This document shows, piece by piece, positions 38,321 to 48,728 of a DNA stretch of 64,000 bases. The stretch lies in contig CBDCNQ010000005.1 in assembly GCA_965219445.1 (NCBI GenBank), forward strand, positions 1,504,001-1,568,000. Reading direction: 5' to 3'. Below the pieces are notes generated by a model that was not told where the DNA came from, ran no database searches, and was given only the letters and a program-made list of their open reading frames with translations. Made by a program: the position numbers and the translations under genes. The stretch is from Longimicrobiales bacterium. Lineage in GTDB: Bacteria > Gemmatimonadota > Gemmatimonadetes > Longimicrobiales > Gaopeijiaceae. Position 1 is the stretch's first letter. Every line of letters starts with the position of its first letter.

Positions 38321-38878
38321 TCAGCTGGCCGTACCGTCAGTGAAGCTCACTTTGGGCACTGCCTTTTCGCCGTCTGGTACCTCGAAGAACTCCCGCTCAC
38401 GAAAGTTGAAACTACTCGCGATGAGGTTCGAAGGTACCTGATGAATCTTGGTGTTGAAATCTCGCACGACCGCGTTGTAATACCGCCGCGCGTTCTGAAT
38501 CGAGTCCTCCAATTTGCTGAGCGTGCCCTGGAGATCCCGAAAGCCGTCGGCCGCTTTGAGATCCGGGTAAGCTTCGGCGAGGGCGAACAGCGATTTGAGG
38601 GCTCCGGTTAGCATTCCTTCGGCCTGTCCCTTTTGTGCTGGGCTCTGGGCTGACATTGCCGAAGATCGTGCCGCGACGACGGCCTCGAGGGTCTTCTGCT
38701 CATGAGCCGCATATCCCTTTACGGTCTCGACCACGTTGGGGATCAGATCGTAGCGACGCTTGAGCTGGACATCGATATCCGCCCATGCCGCATCCGCCTG
38801 CTCTCTGAGTTTTACAAGCCCATTATATAGACCAATTCCACCTATAAAGACCACGCCGACGGCGAGTAATGCCCACAT
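38321..38878 (-). CDS. lemA: LemA family protein
   Basis: YNGLV, IDVQLKRRYDLIPN, AEAYPDLKA, RRYYN. Confidence 0.95.
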   Translation of the reverse strand: MWALLAVGVVFIGGIGLYNGLVKLREQADAAWADIDVQLKRRYDLIPNVVETVKGYAAHEQKTLEAVVAARSSAMSAQSPAQKGQAEGMLTGALKSLFALAEAYPDLKAADGFRDLQGTLSKLEDSIQNARRYYNAVVRDFNTKIHQVPSNLIASSFNFREREFFEVPDGEKAVPKVSFTDGTAS

Positions 38879-39182
38879 GTGAACCTCCGACCGAGTCGGA
38901 AAACGTGATGGGACTCCTACAGTGCACAATACGCACAAGCCCCTTGCGAAGTAAATAAATTTCGCTTCGCCCATCGGGGCCTGTACCCTGTGTACACAAG
39001 GGCTTTGGGTACTTCGCCACCATCTCCTCGGGCCCTCTCAAGAGGGTTTACCAGCGTTGGTGCCCCATCTAACTTTGCCGAGCCATCCCCCGGGAGCCGA
39101 GCGCAGCTCTCCGGGGGTGGGACATCTCATTCTCCGCCCGCCCATTCCTTGGCGATCGGACGACTTTTCGAAAGGGTAAGGC

Positions 39183-40586
39183 GTGCCAGAAAACAACTTC
39201 GACGTACTTATCATAGGCGGAGGACCAGGAGGCTACGTCGCGGCCATCCGTGGAGCACAGCTCGGATTGAAGGTCGCTTGTGTCGAAGCCGACAAGCTCG
39301 GGGGTGTTTGTCTCAACATTGGGTGCATTCCCACCAAGGCGCTTCTGACCAGCGCCGCCCTGGTGAATGACGTCAAGACTGCCGGGGCGCACGGCGTCAC
39401 TTTTACCGGGGCGAACGTCGATCTCGCGCCGGCCCAGAGGCGCAGCAGAGCGATTTCGGAACAGCTGGCAAACGGCGTTGGCCATCTATTCAAGAAGAAC
39501 AACGTCACACACATCGAGGGACGTGGCCGCCTCTTGGGCGGGGGCGATGTTGAGGTCGAGGCTTTGGACGGCGGTCGGCAGGCATACACGGCCGGGCACG
39601 TCATTCTGGCCACCGGATCCCGGCCGCGAGACATCGCAGTCCTACCCATCGATGAGGACCGCATCTGGTCCTCCACCGGGGCTCTTTTTCGAATCGAGGC
39701 ACCAGAGACGCTGGCGATCGTGGGGGCTGGTGCGGTTGGGATGGAGTTCGCTGATATCTATAACGCCTATGGCAGCAAAGTGACGGTGATTGAAGCGCTC
39801 GACCGTATCCTACCGCTCGAAGACGCCGATTCGTCAGCCGCGATTGAGCGGAGCTTAAAGAAGCGCGACGTCGATTTCCACACGGGAGCAGCAGTGGAGG
39901 GCGCGAAGGTCGCCAAGCGCTCCGTCACGCTCGAGTTCAAGGACAAGGCGGGCGAGCTGCAGACCCTGAAGGTCCAGCACGTCTTGTCAGCCGTTGGACG
40001 CGTACCGAACACGGACGACCTGGGCCTGGATGCCGGCGGGGTCGCACTCGATGATCACGGATTCTTCGTCGTGGACGAGTTCATGCGCACCAGCGCCGCG
40101 GGTGTCTACGCCGTCGGTGACTGCGCGGGCAACCAGTTGCTAGCCCACAAGGCCATGCACGAGGGGGTCGTCTGCGTCGAGGCGATCACCGGCCAGGCAC
40201 ATGGCTCCGTCGACTATGAGAACGTTCCGAACTGCACTTACTGCCATCCCGAGGTCGCGTCGGTCGGACTTACGGAGGAGCAGGCCAAGGAACAGGGACT
40301 CGAGATCGACATCGGGAAGTTTCCGTGGGTGGGCAACGGTCGCGCGCTGGCCAGCGGCCACTCGGAAGGCTTCGTAAAGGTCATCCGTGGCTCCCAGTAC
40401 TCCGAGATCCTCGGAGCCCACATCGTAGGCCCCCATGCCACCGAGTTGATCGGAGAGTTCGTGGTGGGGCGCCACCTGGAAGCCACCGTCGAGGAGATGG
40501 ACCGTGCCATGCACCCGCATCCCACCCTGTCGGAGGCCATCGCCGAGGGTGCTTTATCGACCCTGGGACGGGCGATCCACATCTAG
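39183..40586 (+). CDS. lpdA: Dihydrolipoyl dehydrogenase
   Basis: GGGPGGYVAAIR, GGVCLNIGCIPTK, LAHKA, HPHPTLSE. Confidence 0.95.
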   Translation: MPENNFDVLIIGGGPGGYVAAIRGAQLGLKVACVEADKLGGVCLNIGCIPTKALLTSAALVNDVKTAGAHGVTFTGANVDLAPAQRRSRAISEQLANGVGHLFKKNNVTHIEGRGRLLGGGDVEVEALDGGRQAYTAGHVILATGSRPRDIAVLPIDEDRIWSSTGALFRIEAPETLAIVGAGAVGMEFADIYNAYGSKVTVIEALDRILPLEDADSSAAIERSLKKRDVDFHTGAAVEGAKVAKRSVTLEFKDKAGELQTLKVQHVLSAVGRVPNTDDLGLDAGGVALDDHGFFVVDEFMRTSAAGVYAVGDCAGNQLLAHKAMHEGVVCVEAITGQAHGSVDYENVPNCTYCHPEVASVGLTEEQAKEQGLEIDIGKFPWVGNGRALASGHSEGFVKVIRGSQYSEILGAHIVGPHATELIGEFVVGRHLEATVEEMDRAMHPHPTLSEAIAEGALSTLGRAIHI

Positions 40587-40618
40587 CGGCGCATGACGAT
40601 CGGAGCCGGATCGAGTCC

Positions 40619-41545
40619 CTACGGGTCCGCCACGACCCCAGGAGGTGGTGTCACTGCGAACCAGGCCACCGCGTCGACGATACCGCGTGCTGCACGCTCC
40701 GGGTTGTTCACGATCACCTGGCGATCCCTCGAGCTCGTGAGGAACCCCGTCTCGAGGATCACCGCTATCGTCATGGGGTGGAGCGCGTGCTCGTACCGAC
40801 GAAAGTTGAACGCATAGTAGTTTCGCATGCGGCGTGTGACAGTCCCCAGCCGTTTGAGGCCTGTAGCGTCCCCGTAGCTTTGGTCAAGCAGCGCTGCGAT
40901 TTGGGACGCCCGGCCAGTGGCATCTCGCCGTGGGGCGGCGACCCGATACCCTGATGCGTTGGGGTCGTTACTCCCGTCCGCATGGATGGAGATGAAGAGA
41001 TGTGCCCGGTAGCTCGGAGGAACGACTGCGGGAAGGATGTCCACTTCATAACCCATCCCCTTGAGCATCGCACCTGCCTGTTGAGCGATCGCGAGGTTCA
41101 TCTCCCACTCGGCCGTCCCCTTCCACTTCGTGCCATTGTTCCTCAGGCCGCGGAGCTCCTGGGGCGCCTCGTCCGCTTTCCAGTGGCCTGCCTGTAGCCC
41201 GATCCGCACTGGTCCTTCGGGTGGCGCCCAGTCGGCGGGCGTGGGGATAGGCCCCGGATAGCGGTTACGTCTCCGACGACGGAAGCTTCTTCTGCGTGGG
41301 GAAGGAGGAGCGATCGTCTCCGGCGTGCCTTCCGAGGGTTTGTCTGCTTCGGCGGCCCCCGTCCCTACCGGCTCGTCAACCCAGATCGGTTCCGGTGCAG
41401 GTGGGGGCAGAGGCTCCGAGACCAGACCTGAGGCGAAAGGATCCGGAGGGGCGACGACAGGTGGAGCTTCAATCCCGGCATGCATACGGAACGCTGCGAG
41501 CGCCGCCACCAAGACGCCCACGTAGGCAAGCCCGAGCAATCTCAC
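40619..41545 (-). CDS. N-acetylmuramoyl-L-alanine amidase (Amidase_3) with Pro/Arg-rich linker
   Basis: LQAGH, E..MNL, ISIHAD, ILETGFLT. Confidence 0.85.
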   Translation of the reverse strand: MRLLGLAYVGVLVAALAAFRMHAGIEAPPVVAPPDPFASGLVSEPLPPPAPEPIWVDEPVGTGAAEADKPSEGTPETIAPPSPRRRSFRRRRRNRYPGPIPTPADWAPPEGPVRIGLQAGHWKADEAPQELRGLRNNGTKWKGTAEWEMNLAIAQQAGAMLKGMGYEVDILPAVVPPSYRAHLFISIHADGSNDPNASGYRVAAPRRDATGRASQIAALLDQSYGDATGLKRLGTVTRRMRNYYAFNFRRYEHALHPMTIAVILETGFLTSSRDRQVIVNNPERAARGIVDAVAWFAVTPPPGVVADP

Positions 41546-41685
41546 ATGTCCCTCCCTATGAAATGGTTGCCGGGGAAGTGTTCAGGTGGTGGACGGCCTC
41601 CCCGCCGGACGAACTATGCTAGTCGTAAGGGGGTAGCGATGCAACGGATTTCTGTCGACGCCTGATGGAGGGAGGGTGGAGCTTG

Positions 41686-42090
41686 ATGTCGGCTGAGTTT
41701 CCAGTTGATGGTGTCGAGCTCACTCTTCTCTTGGTTGTAGAGGACATCGCACGCTCCCTCGTGTTTTACACCGATGTCGTCGGGGCCAAGCTCTTTCGGG
41801 AATATGGGGGCACGTCTGCGGTTCTGGAGTTTCAGGGCAGCTGGCTCCTGCTCGTCACTGGGGGCGGTCCAACCGACGACAAGCCGACGGTGACGTTCGC
41901 CCCGCCCGCAGACCCGGACCGGGTGAGTTTTCAGCTGACTATGCGAGTCCCCGACTGCCACGCCGCCTACGTCGTCCTGAAGTCACGCGGCGCCGAGTTC
42001 TTGACACCCCCTGTGGACCGGGGCGGTGAGATCCGTTGCTTCTTTCGAGATCCCGACGGGCACCTGTTGGAGATCAGCGAGGTGACGTGA
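41686..42090 (+). CDS. VOC/glyoxalase family protein
   Basis: VEDIARSLVFYTDVVG, FFRDPDGHLLEI. Confidence 0.9.
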   Translation: MSAEFPVDGVELTLLLVVEDIARSLVFYTDVVGAKLFREYGGTSAVLEFQGSWLLLVTGGGPTDDKPTVTFAPPADPDRVSFQLTMRVPDCHAAYVVLKSRGAEFLTPPVDRGGEIRCFFRDPDGHLLEISEVT

Positions 42091-42596
42091 TGGGATTTCG
42101 GGCCACCCTGGGGTCGAAGCGCCTGCGTCGTCTCGATGTGCAGGGATTCGACACGGTGGACGAGGACCTCCTCGCCCGAGTTGCACCGTGGTTGCGTATG
42201 GCATTTGGATTTTGCGCGACCCTGGCGATCGTTGGCACCGCGCTTGCTTCGACGCCACTTCTGTTGACCCTTGCCGGGATCGCGTTTGTTGCTGCGTTGT
42301 CCCCGGTCCATCCGTTCGACCTGATCTATAATTACGGCGTCCGTTACGCGACGGGAACGCCACATCTTCCGAAACGGGGCCCGCCAAGTCGATTCGCATG
42401 CGGGCTTGGCGCTCTCTGGCTGATCGTCACGGTTGGGGCATTCGACGCTTCGTTGACGATGGTCGGCTATGTTCTCGGTTTCACACTGGCTTCGGTAGCC
42501 GTTCTGGTAAGCACCCTGGACATCTGTATTCCGTCCATGATCTTCCGGGCCATATTCGGCGCTCCCCTGGCCCGGACAGAGAGCGAGGACGAGTAA
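42090..42596 (+). CDS. DUF4395-like membrane protein
   Basis: HPFD..YN, P.RFAC.LG, DICIPS; TGATG overlap. Confidence 0.7.
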   Translation: MGFRATLGSKRLRRLDVQGFDTVDEDLLARVAPWLRMAFGFCATLAIVGTALASTPLLLTLAGIAFVAALSPVHPFDLIYNYGVRYATGTPHLPKRGPPSRFACGLGALWLIVTVGAFDASLTMVGYVLGFTLASVAVLVSTLDICIPSMIFRAIFGAPLARTESEDE

Positions 42597-42708
42597 GACA
42601 GTGAGGTCGCGGGGCCTCCTGTCAATCGCCGGGATCTAGATCGTCTGTATCGATGGTGAGCCCTGAGGCCATGATTTGCGGCGGCCGACGTGATTCGACT
42701 AGGCGGAG

Positions 42709-44148
42709 CTACAGCTCCCTTGAACGAATCACGACCAGCTTCCTGATCTGCATGTCCTCCATCGTATATGGGATTCCCCCCACCCCGAGACCCGACTCTC
42801 TCAGACCGGCGAACGGCATCCAATCCACACGGAAAGCGGGGTGATCGTTCACCATCACGGCGGAGGCGTCGAGCCGACGGGAGGCCCGTAGGGCCGTATC
42901 GAGATCGCTCGTGAACACCGACGCCTGGAACGCATACGGAAGGGAGTTCGATCGGGCGAGCGCGTCATCGATGTCGTCGTATGGATAGACACATACCACG
43001 GGGCCGAATATCTCCAACGTGGAGACCTGAACGTTGCCGGGTGGGTCGTACAGGACGGTGGGCGTGTAGCAGGTTGCGGAGGGGGCTCCGCCGCCGGCGA
43101 GCAACTCGCCACCCTGATCGACCGCCTCCCTCACCCACTCTTCTACGCGCTCCACTTCGGCGGGACGGATGAGGGGCCCCACTTCGGTGTCCGGGGAGGT
43201 CGGATCGCCCACATTAAGGGCAGTCGCCGCTTGGGCAAGGCGCTCGGCTACATCACGAGCGATGCTTCGGTGGGCAAAGACGCGCTGAACCGAGACGCAG
43301 ACCTGGCCGGCGTGATAGAATCCCCCCTTGCTGATCAGCGGGAGCACCTGGTCGAGATCGGCGTCTTCGGCCACAAGAACAGGCGCCGCGCCTCCGTGTT
43401 CCAAGGCACAGCGAGTGCCGGGAGCGAGCTTGGAGCGCAACATCCAACCTACACGAGCGCTTCCAACGAAGCTGAAGAAACCCACCCTTCGATCCGTGGC
43501 CAGCGATCCGGCAACATCCAGATCAGTGGTCATGAGGCCCTGGCACCACTCTTCCGGGAGACCGGCCTCGCGGAGAATTGCGACGAAACGCATCCCTGAT
43601 AGGGGCGTGGCCTCTGCTGGTTTGACGATGCACGGACACCCGGTTGCGACGGCGGGCCCGACCTGGTGAACGATCAGGTTCAGCGGATGGTTGAAGGCGC
43701 TGAAGGCGACGACCACGCCTATGGGCTCGTGCTGGGTGAACGCCAAGCGGTTGGCCGACGCGGCATTGAGCCTCATCGGGATCTCGTTGCCGTGCTGAGT
43801 GCGCAGGAATTCTACACACTCATGCACGCCGTCGACGGCGCGATCGACCTCGACGAGCGAGTCCATCAAAGGTTTTCCACCCTCTCGGGCGGCTTCGACC
43901 GCGAGCTCCTCTCGTCGCTCCTGCATGAGGGCAGCCGCGCCCCGCAGGACCTCGATCCGATAGGCCGCGCTGAGCCAGGCGTCCTTGTCACGGAAGAGTC
44001 GGTAGGCCGTGTCCAGCGCCTTTTCCGCGACCTGCGGTCCTCCGCGCTCGACGGTAGCGATCAGGCTCCGATCGTAGGGCGCATGGACGTCCATGGGCTC
44101 GCCGTCCGGCGTTGCGCCGGGCACCATGAGTGGGAACCGCTCGGGCAT
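42709..44148 (-). CDS. Aldehyde dehydrogenase family protein
   Basis: EPIGVV, FNHPLNL, VKPA, LEHGG, GQVCVS, EIFGP. Confidence 0.92.
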   Translation of the reverse strand: MPERFPLMVPGATPDGEPMDVHAPYDRSLIATVERGGPQVAEKALDTAYRLFRDKDAWLSAAYRIEVLRGAAALMQERREELAVEAAREGGKPLMDSLVEVDRAVDGVHECVEFLRTQHGNEIPMRLNAASANRLAFTQHEPIGVVVAFSAFNHPLNLIVHQVGPAVATGCPCIVKPAEATPLSGMRFVAILREAGLPEEWCQGLMTTDLDVAGSLATDRRVGFFSFVGSARVGWMLRSKLAPGTRCALEHGGAAPVLVAEDADLDQVLPLISKGGFYHAGQVCVSVQRVFAHRSIARDVAERLAQAATALNVGDPTSPDTEVGPLIRPAEVERVEEWVREAVDQGGELLAGGGAPSATCYTPTVLYDPPGNVQVSTLEIFGPVVCVYPYDDIDDALARSNSLPYAFQASVFTSDLDTALRASRRLDASAVMVNDHPAFRVDWMPFAGLRESGLGVGGIPYTMEDMQIRKLVVIRSREL

Positions 44149-44471
44149 GCTTCTTTCTCCGGCTATTCGGCTGCCCTCGCGAGGCAAACCACCCCTCCGT
44201 CCGTCAGGCTGCTCCTCATCCTGATGAAGTAGGGGCCCGTGCAGGATTCTAAGCTTCGCGGTCGACCGGGGCATCCCCCCCATGGAATTATGGGTGAGAG
44301 GGCTCCCGGGAAGGCCTGGCCCATGAAGTGATGCCATGTGGCTCTGTCACGTCAGCGAATCCTTGCCCGGTGGCGAGTGTAATAATTCCCACCCTTCGAG
44401 CACTCACGGGAGAGTAGCAGGACGTCCCCGCCGCCCATGAACCAGCGGCTAATCATGCCTCTTTTGAGAAG

Positions 44472-44909
44472 ATGACTCCAATGACAAAGCGCACTATTTA
44501 TACGGCCGTGCTGGCTCTCCTAGTCGGAAGTTCGACGGCAGTGGCATTAGAGGGACAGACTCGGGAAGAGGGCGCCCCAGCTGTCCAGAACGAACATATT
44601 GATGACCGATCCAGGGAGCTCGTCACAGTCGACGTGAGCAACAACAGCTTTTCGGATATGCGGATCTATGTTGTGGAAACCACGCTGGGCCGGCGCTCGC
44701 GGCGCCTTGGTTACGTCACGGCGTTGACCAAGGCCCGCTTCGAGATTCCCGACTTCCTCGGGGCGGAGCTGGGCTACGTGGTTCTTGTAGCGGTGGCCCT
44801 CGGTTCGGGCGAAGCACAGTCCACCGGAAATCTTCCGACGTGGCCGGGAGCCTTGGTGGATTGGCGTATCGCTTCCACACGGGACCAATCGTTCGCGGCG
44901 ACTTACTAG
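44472..44909 (+). CDS. Hypothetical secreted small beta protein
   Basis: Signal peptide; V.V.NN...DMRIYVV...RLG.V pattern. Confidence 0.6.
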   Translation: MTPMTKRTIYTAVLALLVGSSTAVALEGQTREEGAPAVQNEHIDDRSRELVTVDVSNNSFSDMRIYVVETTLGRRSRRLGYVTALTKARFEIPDFLGAELGYVVLVAVALGSGEAQSTGNLPTWPGALVDWRIASTRDQSFAATY

Positions 44910-44967
44910 GCTGAAGAAATGCCCCCTTCGCCCACTCACTGGCAAGTGACGGAATCCGGTTCATGAT

Positions 44968-45075
44968 CTCGCTGCCGCCGCTGCTGCGGCCATGCTCCCC
45001 AGCTTGGTCGGTCACCTGGTGTACGGCGGTGTGCTCGGCCTGGCTTACGCCTGGCTCCGTCACCGCGATGTCGGC
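44968..45075 (+). pseudogene. C-terminal remnant of a membrane protein
   Basis: LAAAAAAAMLPSLVGHLVYGGVLGLAYAWLR hydrophobic helix with no upstream gene body. Confidence 0.45.
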
Positions 45076-45080
45076 TCGGT

Positions 45081-45926
45081 ATGGCGGCGAACACATTCGC
45101 GCTCGAGTCGGTCGCCGACCTCGCGTCGGCGATGGCCGACGAGGGAACGTTTGATATCCGTCTCGAGGCAGCCGTCGCCAAGCTCTACAACTCGGAGGTG
45201 TTCTGGCAACTTGCGGACGACACGCTACAGATCCGTGGCGGCCGAGGATACGAGACGTCCGAATCCCTCCGCGCCCGGGGTGAGAAGCCTATTCCCGTGG
45301 AGCGAATGCTTCGCGACGCGCGCATCAATCGCATCTTCGAGGGAACGACCGAGATCATGCACCTCTTCATCGCCCGTGAAGCGGTGGACACGCATCTCTC
45401 GGTCGCGGGTGATCTGATCGATCCGAGGGCTTCGTTTGCGAAAAAGCTCAAGGCGCTCCTGCGTGCCGCGGCGTACTACAGCTGGTGGTACCCTACGCGC
45501 TGGATCGGTTGGGGTCTCTGGCCGCAATACGGCGAGTTTGGGAAGCTCGCCAAGCACATGCGCTACGTGAACCGCGCGTCCCGCCGCCTCGCCCGCACGT
45601 TGTTTCATGCGATGATGCGGTTCGGTCCCAAGCTTGAAAAGCGGCAGGCAGTACTGGCCCGTTTGGTGGATATCGGTGCTGAGCTGTTTGCGATTGCTGC
45701 GACCAACGCCCGTGCCGTGGCAGTGGTGAAGGCCGATGCGTCGAACACCGGGCCGATCGCTGCGGCTGACCTGTTCAGCCGTCAGAGCCGGCGCCGCATC
45801 GAGGCGCTGTTCAGCCAGGTCTTCAGGAACGACGACGTGGCCACCTATCGCTTCGCCCAGGATGTGTTGCAGGGCGAGCACCACTGGATTGAGGAGGGGC
45901 TTCCCGTGGATCTCTCAGGAACTTAA
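45081..45926 (+). pseudogene. Acyl-CoA dehydrogenase, C-terminal half only
   Basis: AAVAKLYNSE, LQIRGGRGYE, ERMLRDARINRIFEGT.EI; N-terminal and middle domains absent. Confidence 0.8.
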
Positions 45927-46065
45927 AGATGCCCTCCCAGCGCCTAACCTAAAGTGCCCACAACACGGAGCATAACAGAACGGTTCTCGAGGCCTGCCAC
46001 AGCGCGGGTCCCAAGCATGACGTGGCGAGATAGATTGATTGGGTCGCAGAACAGGAGTGAAAGCT

Positions 46066-47151
46066 ATGTGGCCTGATCGCAGGCTGCTCGATCTAATCGG
46101 TATTGACTTACCGATCATTCAGGCGCCGCTGGCGGGGGCGAACGGGTCGGCGATGGCGATTGCAGCCAGCGAGGCGGGTGGACTCGGGTCGCTGCCTTGT
46201 GCCATGCTCGACCCAGCCAAAGCGCGGGCAGAGATCAGGGTCATACGGCAACGCACGACCAAGCCCTTGAACGTCAACTTCTTGTGTCATTCACCGCCCC
46301 AACCGGACCTCGGCCGCGATGCGGCATGGAAGGAGCGGCTGGCAGCGTACTATAACGAGCTTGGTCTGGACGCCTCCGCCTCCGCCCCTGCCGTCAATCG
46401 CGCCCCTTTTGACGAGGCAATGTGCGAAATCGTCGAAGAACACGAACCGGAAGTTGTGAGCTTTCATTTCGGGCTACCCGAACAGGCGCTCCTTAGCCGC
46501 GTGAAGGCGTCCGGCTGTCTGGTACTCAGCTCTGCGACCACTGTGGAAGAAGCGCGGTGGCTCGAAGACCATGGTTGCGATGCGATTATTGCTCAAGGGT
46601 ACGAGGCGGGCGGTCATCGTGGGATGTTTCTGACGGACGATATCGCGACGCAGCCGGGAACTTTCGCCCTGGTGCCGCAGGTCGTCGATACGGTCAAGGT
46701 GCCGGTGATCGCCGCAGGCGGGATCGCGGATGGGCGGGGTATTGCAGCGGCTTTCGTTCTTGGTGCGGCAGGCGCTCAAATCGGCACCGCTTACCTTTTC
46801 ACGCCGGAGTCGTTGATCACGGATCTATACCGCGCTGCACTACGCACCGCGCGTGACGATCAAACTGCATTGACCAACGTGTTTTCCGGCAGACCGTCGC
46901 GGGGGCTGATGAATCGAGTCATGCGGGAGGTCGGGCCGATGTCGGACCGGGCGCCAGCGTACCCGACAGCTGGCAGGGCCCTGGCGCCGCTGAAAGCAAG
47001 AGCGGAGGCGGCAGGGTCCAGCGATTTCTCTTTGCTGTGGTCGGGACAGGCGGCAAGTCTCGGCCGCGAAATCGGCGCCGGCGATCTGACCCGGCAACTA
47101 GCCGCGGATGCGGAGCAGCGTCTCAAAGCGATGGCGTCGACAGCGCTTTAG
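46066..47151 (+). CDS. Nitronate monooxygenase / NAD(P)H flavin oxidoreductase
   Basis: PIIQAPLAG, VSFHFG, QG.EAGGHRG, AAGGIADG, LWSGQ. Confidence 0.92.
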   Translation: MWPDRRLLDLIGIDLPIIQAPLAGANGSAMAIAASEAGGLGSLPCAMLDPAKARAEIRVIRQRTTKPLNVNFLCHSPPQPDLGRDAAWKERLAAYYNELGLDASASAPAVNRAPFDEAMCEIVEEHEPEVVSFHFGLPEQALLSRVKASGCLVLSSATTVEEARWLEDHGCDAIIAQGYEAGGHRGMFLTDDIATQPGTFALVPQVVDTVKVPVIAAGGIADGRGIAAAFVLGAAGAQIGTAYLFTPESLITDLYRAALRTARDDQTALTNVFSGRPSRGLMNRVMREVGPMSDRAPAYPTAGRALAPLKARAEAAGSSDFSLLWSGQAASLGREIGAGDLTRQLAADAEQRLKAMASTAL

Positions 47152-47230
47152 GCCATCTATCTGCTACAATGACGAATGCAGCTCCAACCCACGAGGCCCT
47201 CGGCGTGGCCCTCCTTGGCAGGCCGGACGA

Positions 47231-47872
47231 TTAGCCGACCTTCTCGAAAGGCTTACAGTCAGCACTGCTAAGCTGGCTCGGAAATGGCTCGGGGCAACGA
47301 TTCCAGTGCAGTAGTTTGGCTACGCCCTTCCCCAGCCCTTCGACTGATGCCCGTCTCTTTTCATCAACAAGGTTTCCATCGGGTCCAAACGCCTCATGAG
47401 CTTCCCCAATGGCCACCTGATCCGGAATGACGAGCACGCCGATGTTCGAGAGGATGGATCGTAGGTGAACCAGGCCCCGGAGACCGCCCAACCTTCCCGG
47501 AGAGGCACTCATGATTGCAGCGACTTTCCCTTCATAAGCGGTTAACGCCTTTTCACCATTGCCTGGTCTGGACACCCAGTCGATGGTGTTCTTCAGCAAG
47601 GGAGTGATTGAGCTGTTGTATTCAGGCGCAGCGATCAAAAGGCCGTCGTGTTTGAGCATGATCTCCTTCAACTCGCGAGCATTATCCGGCAGCCCTTCCG
47701 CCGCTTCGAGGTCTTGGTCGAACAAGGGCAGTGGATAATCACGAAGATCGACCAAAGTCACCTCGGCTCCAGCGCTGCGAACTCCCTCCGCGGCCACCTT
47801 CACTAGCTTGCTGTTATAGGAATCAACGCGGGCACTGCCAGGAAAAGCGAGAACACGTGGTGTGCGATCCAT
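47231..47872 (-). CDS. NADPH-dependent FMN reductase
   Basis: GSAR..SYN, PEYNSS, LKNTIDWVSR, GGLRG. Confidence 0.92.
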   Translation of the reverse strand: MDRTPRVLAFPGSARVDSYNSKLVKVAAEGVRSAGAEVTLVDLRDYPLPLFDQDLEAAEGLPDNARELKEIMLKHDGLLIAAPEYNSSITPLLKNTIDWVSRPGNGEKALTAYEGKVAAIMSASPGRLGGLRGLVHLRSILSNIGVLVIPDQVAIGEAHEAFGPDGNLVDEKRRASVEGLGKGVAKLLHWNRCPEPFPSQLSSADCKPFEKVG

Positions 47873-47992
47873 TGGGTCCTCTCCAGTTTTGACTGTTAAC
47901 CATCATCGCCGCCGTAGGGATAAGAAAACGGAAAACGCTCGTTTCATTTCACATTTCTTATCACCGGGACTAGGGCTGCCGCCCCACAAGGG

Positions 47993-48667
47993 TCAGGAGA
48001 TGTCGCGGCGGGTCAGCTCGATGTTCAGGTCGCCTCGGATATAGATCTCGATGAACTCGGGCAGCCACACGTCGTTCGCCATGAGTGTGAACCGCTCGAC
48101 CAACCTATGCTCGGGCCTGTCGGTGAGGTGAACGATACGCCACCTGTTCAATGGTCGTGATTCGTCGCCGCCAACCGAGTGCTCGACGTGAAACAGAGGC
48201 TGTCTCTCGCCGGCGCGAAGAAGGTTCCCGTCGCGACTGGGAAGTTCCGCTGCTCCGATGAAAGTAACCATCTGCTGCGTAGGGTTGAGGCAGACCGGTT
48301 CAAGGACCAGCCCATATTCCGTGGGCTCGAGCCAAAGGCGCTGCTGCGATGACCGTACGAAGGATTCGGTTCCCTCAATCGCCGAACGCCGGCCCCAAGC
48401 GTGGGCACTCCGCTCCCTTACAACGGAGGGGATGTAGCGATCGGGCCTCCATGCCTTTCGCACCTCCATGTCCCACAGCATGGTGCGGGTGAACGTGAGC
48501 GGTTCGCTCGTGCGGTAGTGCTCGGCGAGCACCCGATTGACGTCGACCGGAGGCAGCTCGAGTCGCGTGTTGCTGGGATCGGCCCAGGCCCGCTGAAACT
48601 CGGCTTCATGATTAGGCAGTAGCAAACCTGGGTCCTGCGTTCTGTGGTGGATGATTGACGTGTTCAC
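47993..48667 (-). CDS. Hypothetical protein, weakly AtaL/DUF1857 (SRPBCC)-like
   Basis: AAAGGA SD before GTG 48667; TRTMLWDMEVRKAWRPDRYIP resembles the DUF1857 N-terminal motif. Confidence 0.55.
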   Translation of the reverse strand: MNTSIIHHRTQDPGLLLPNHEAEFQRAWADPSNTRLELPPVDVNRVLAEHYRTSEPLTFTRTMLWDMEVRKAWRPDRYIPSVVRERSAHAWGRRSAIEGTESFVRSSQQRLWLEPTEYGLVLEPVCLNPTQQMVTFIGAAELPSRDGNLLRAGERQPLFHVEHSVGGDESRPLNRWRIVHLTDRPEHRLVERFTLMANDVWLPEFIEIYIRGDLNIELTRRDIS

Positions 48668-48694
48668 GATTTGTTGTCCTTTCCGTTTACCCAG

Positions 48695-48712
48695 TATCTG
48701 TGGCAACAGATA
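48695..48712. promoter_or_regulatory. Putative MarR operator, copy 1
   Basis: TATCTGTGGCAACAGATA inside an 11-bp perfect inverted repeat (48691-48716). Confidence 0.7.
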
Positions 48713-48728
48713 CTGGTCTGAAAAAAAA

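Noticed and set aside
38930..39180. Structured RNA between lemA and lpdA
   Set aside because: Short inverted repeats only; no recognisable tRNA, riboswitch or ncRNA signature
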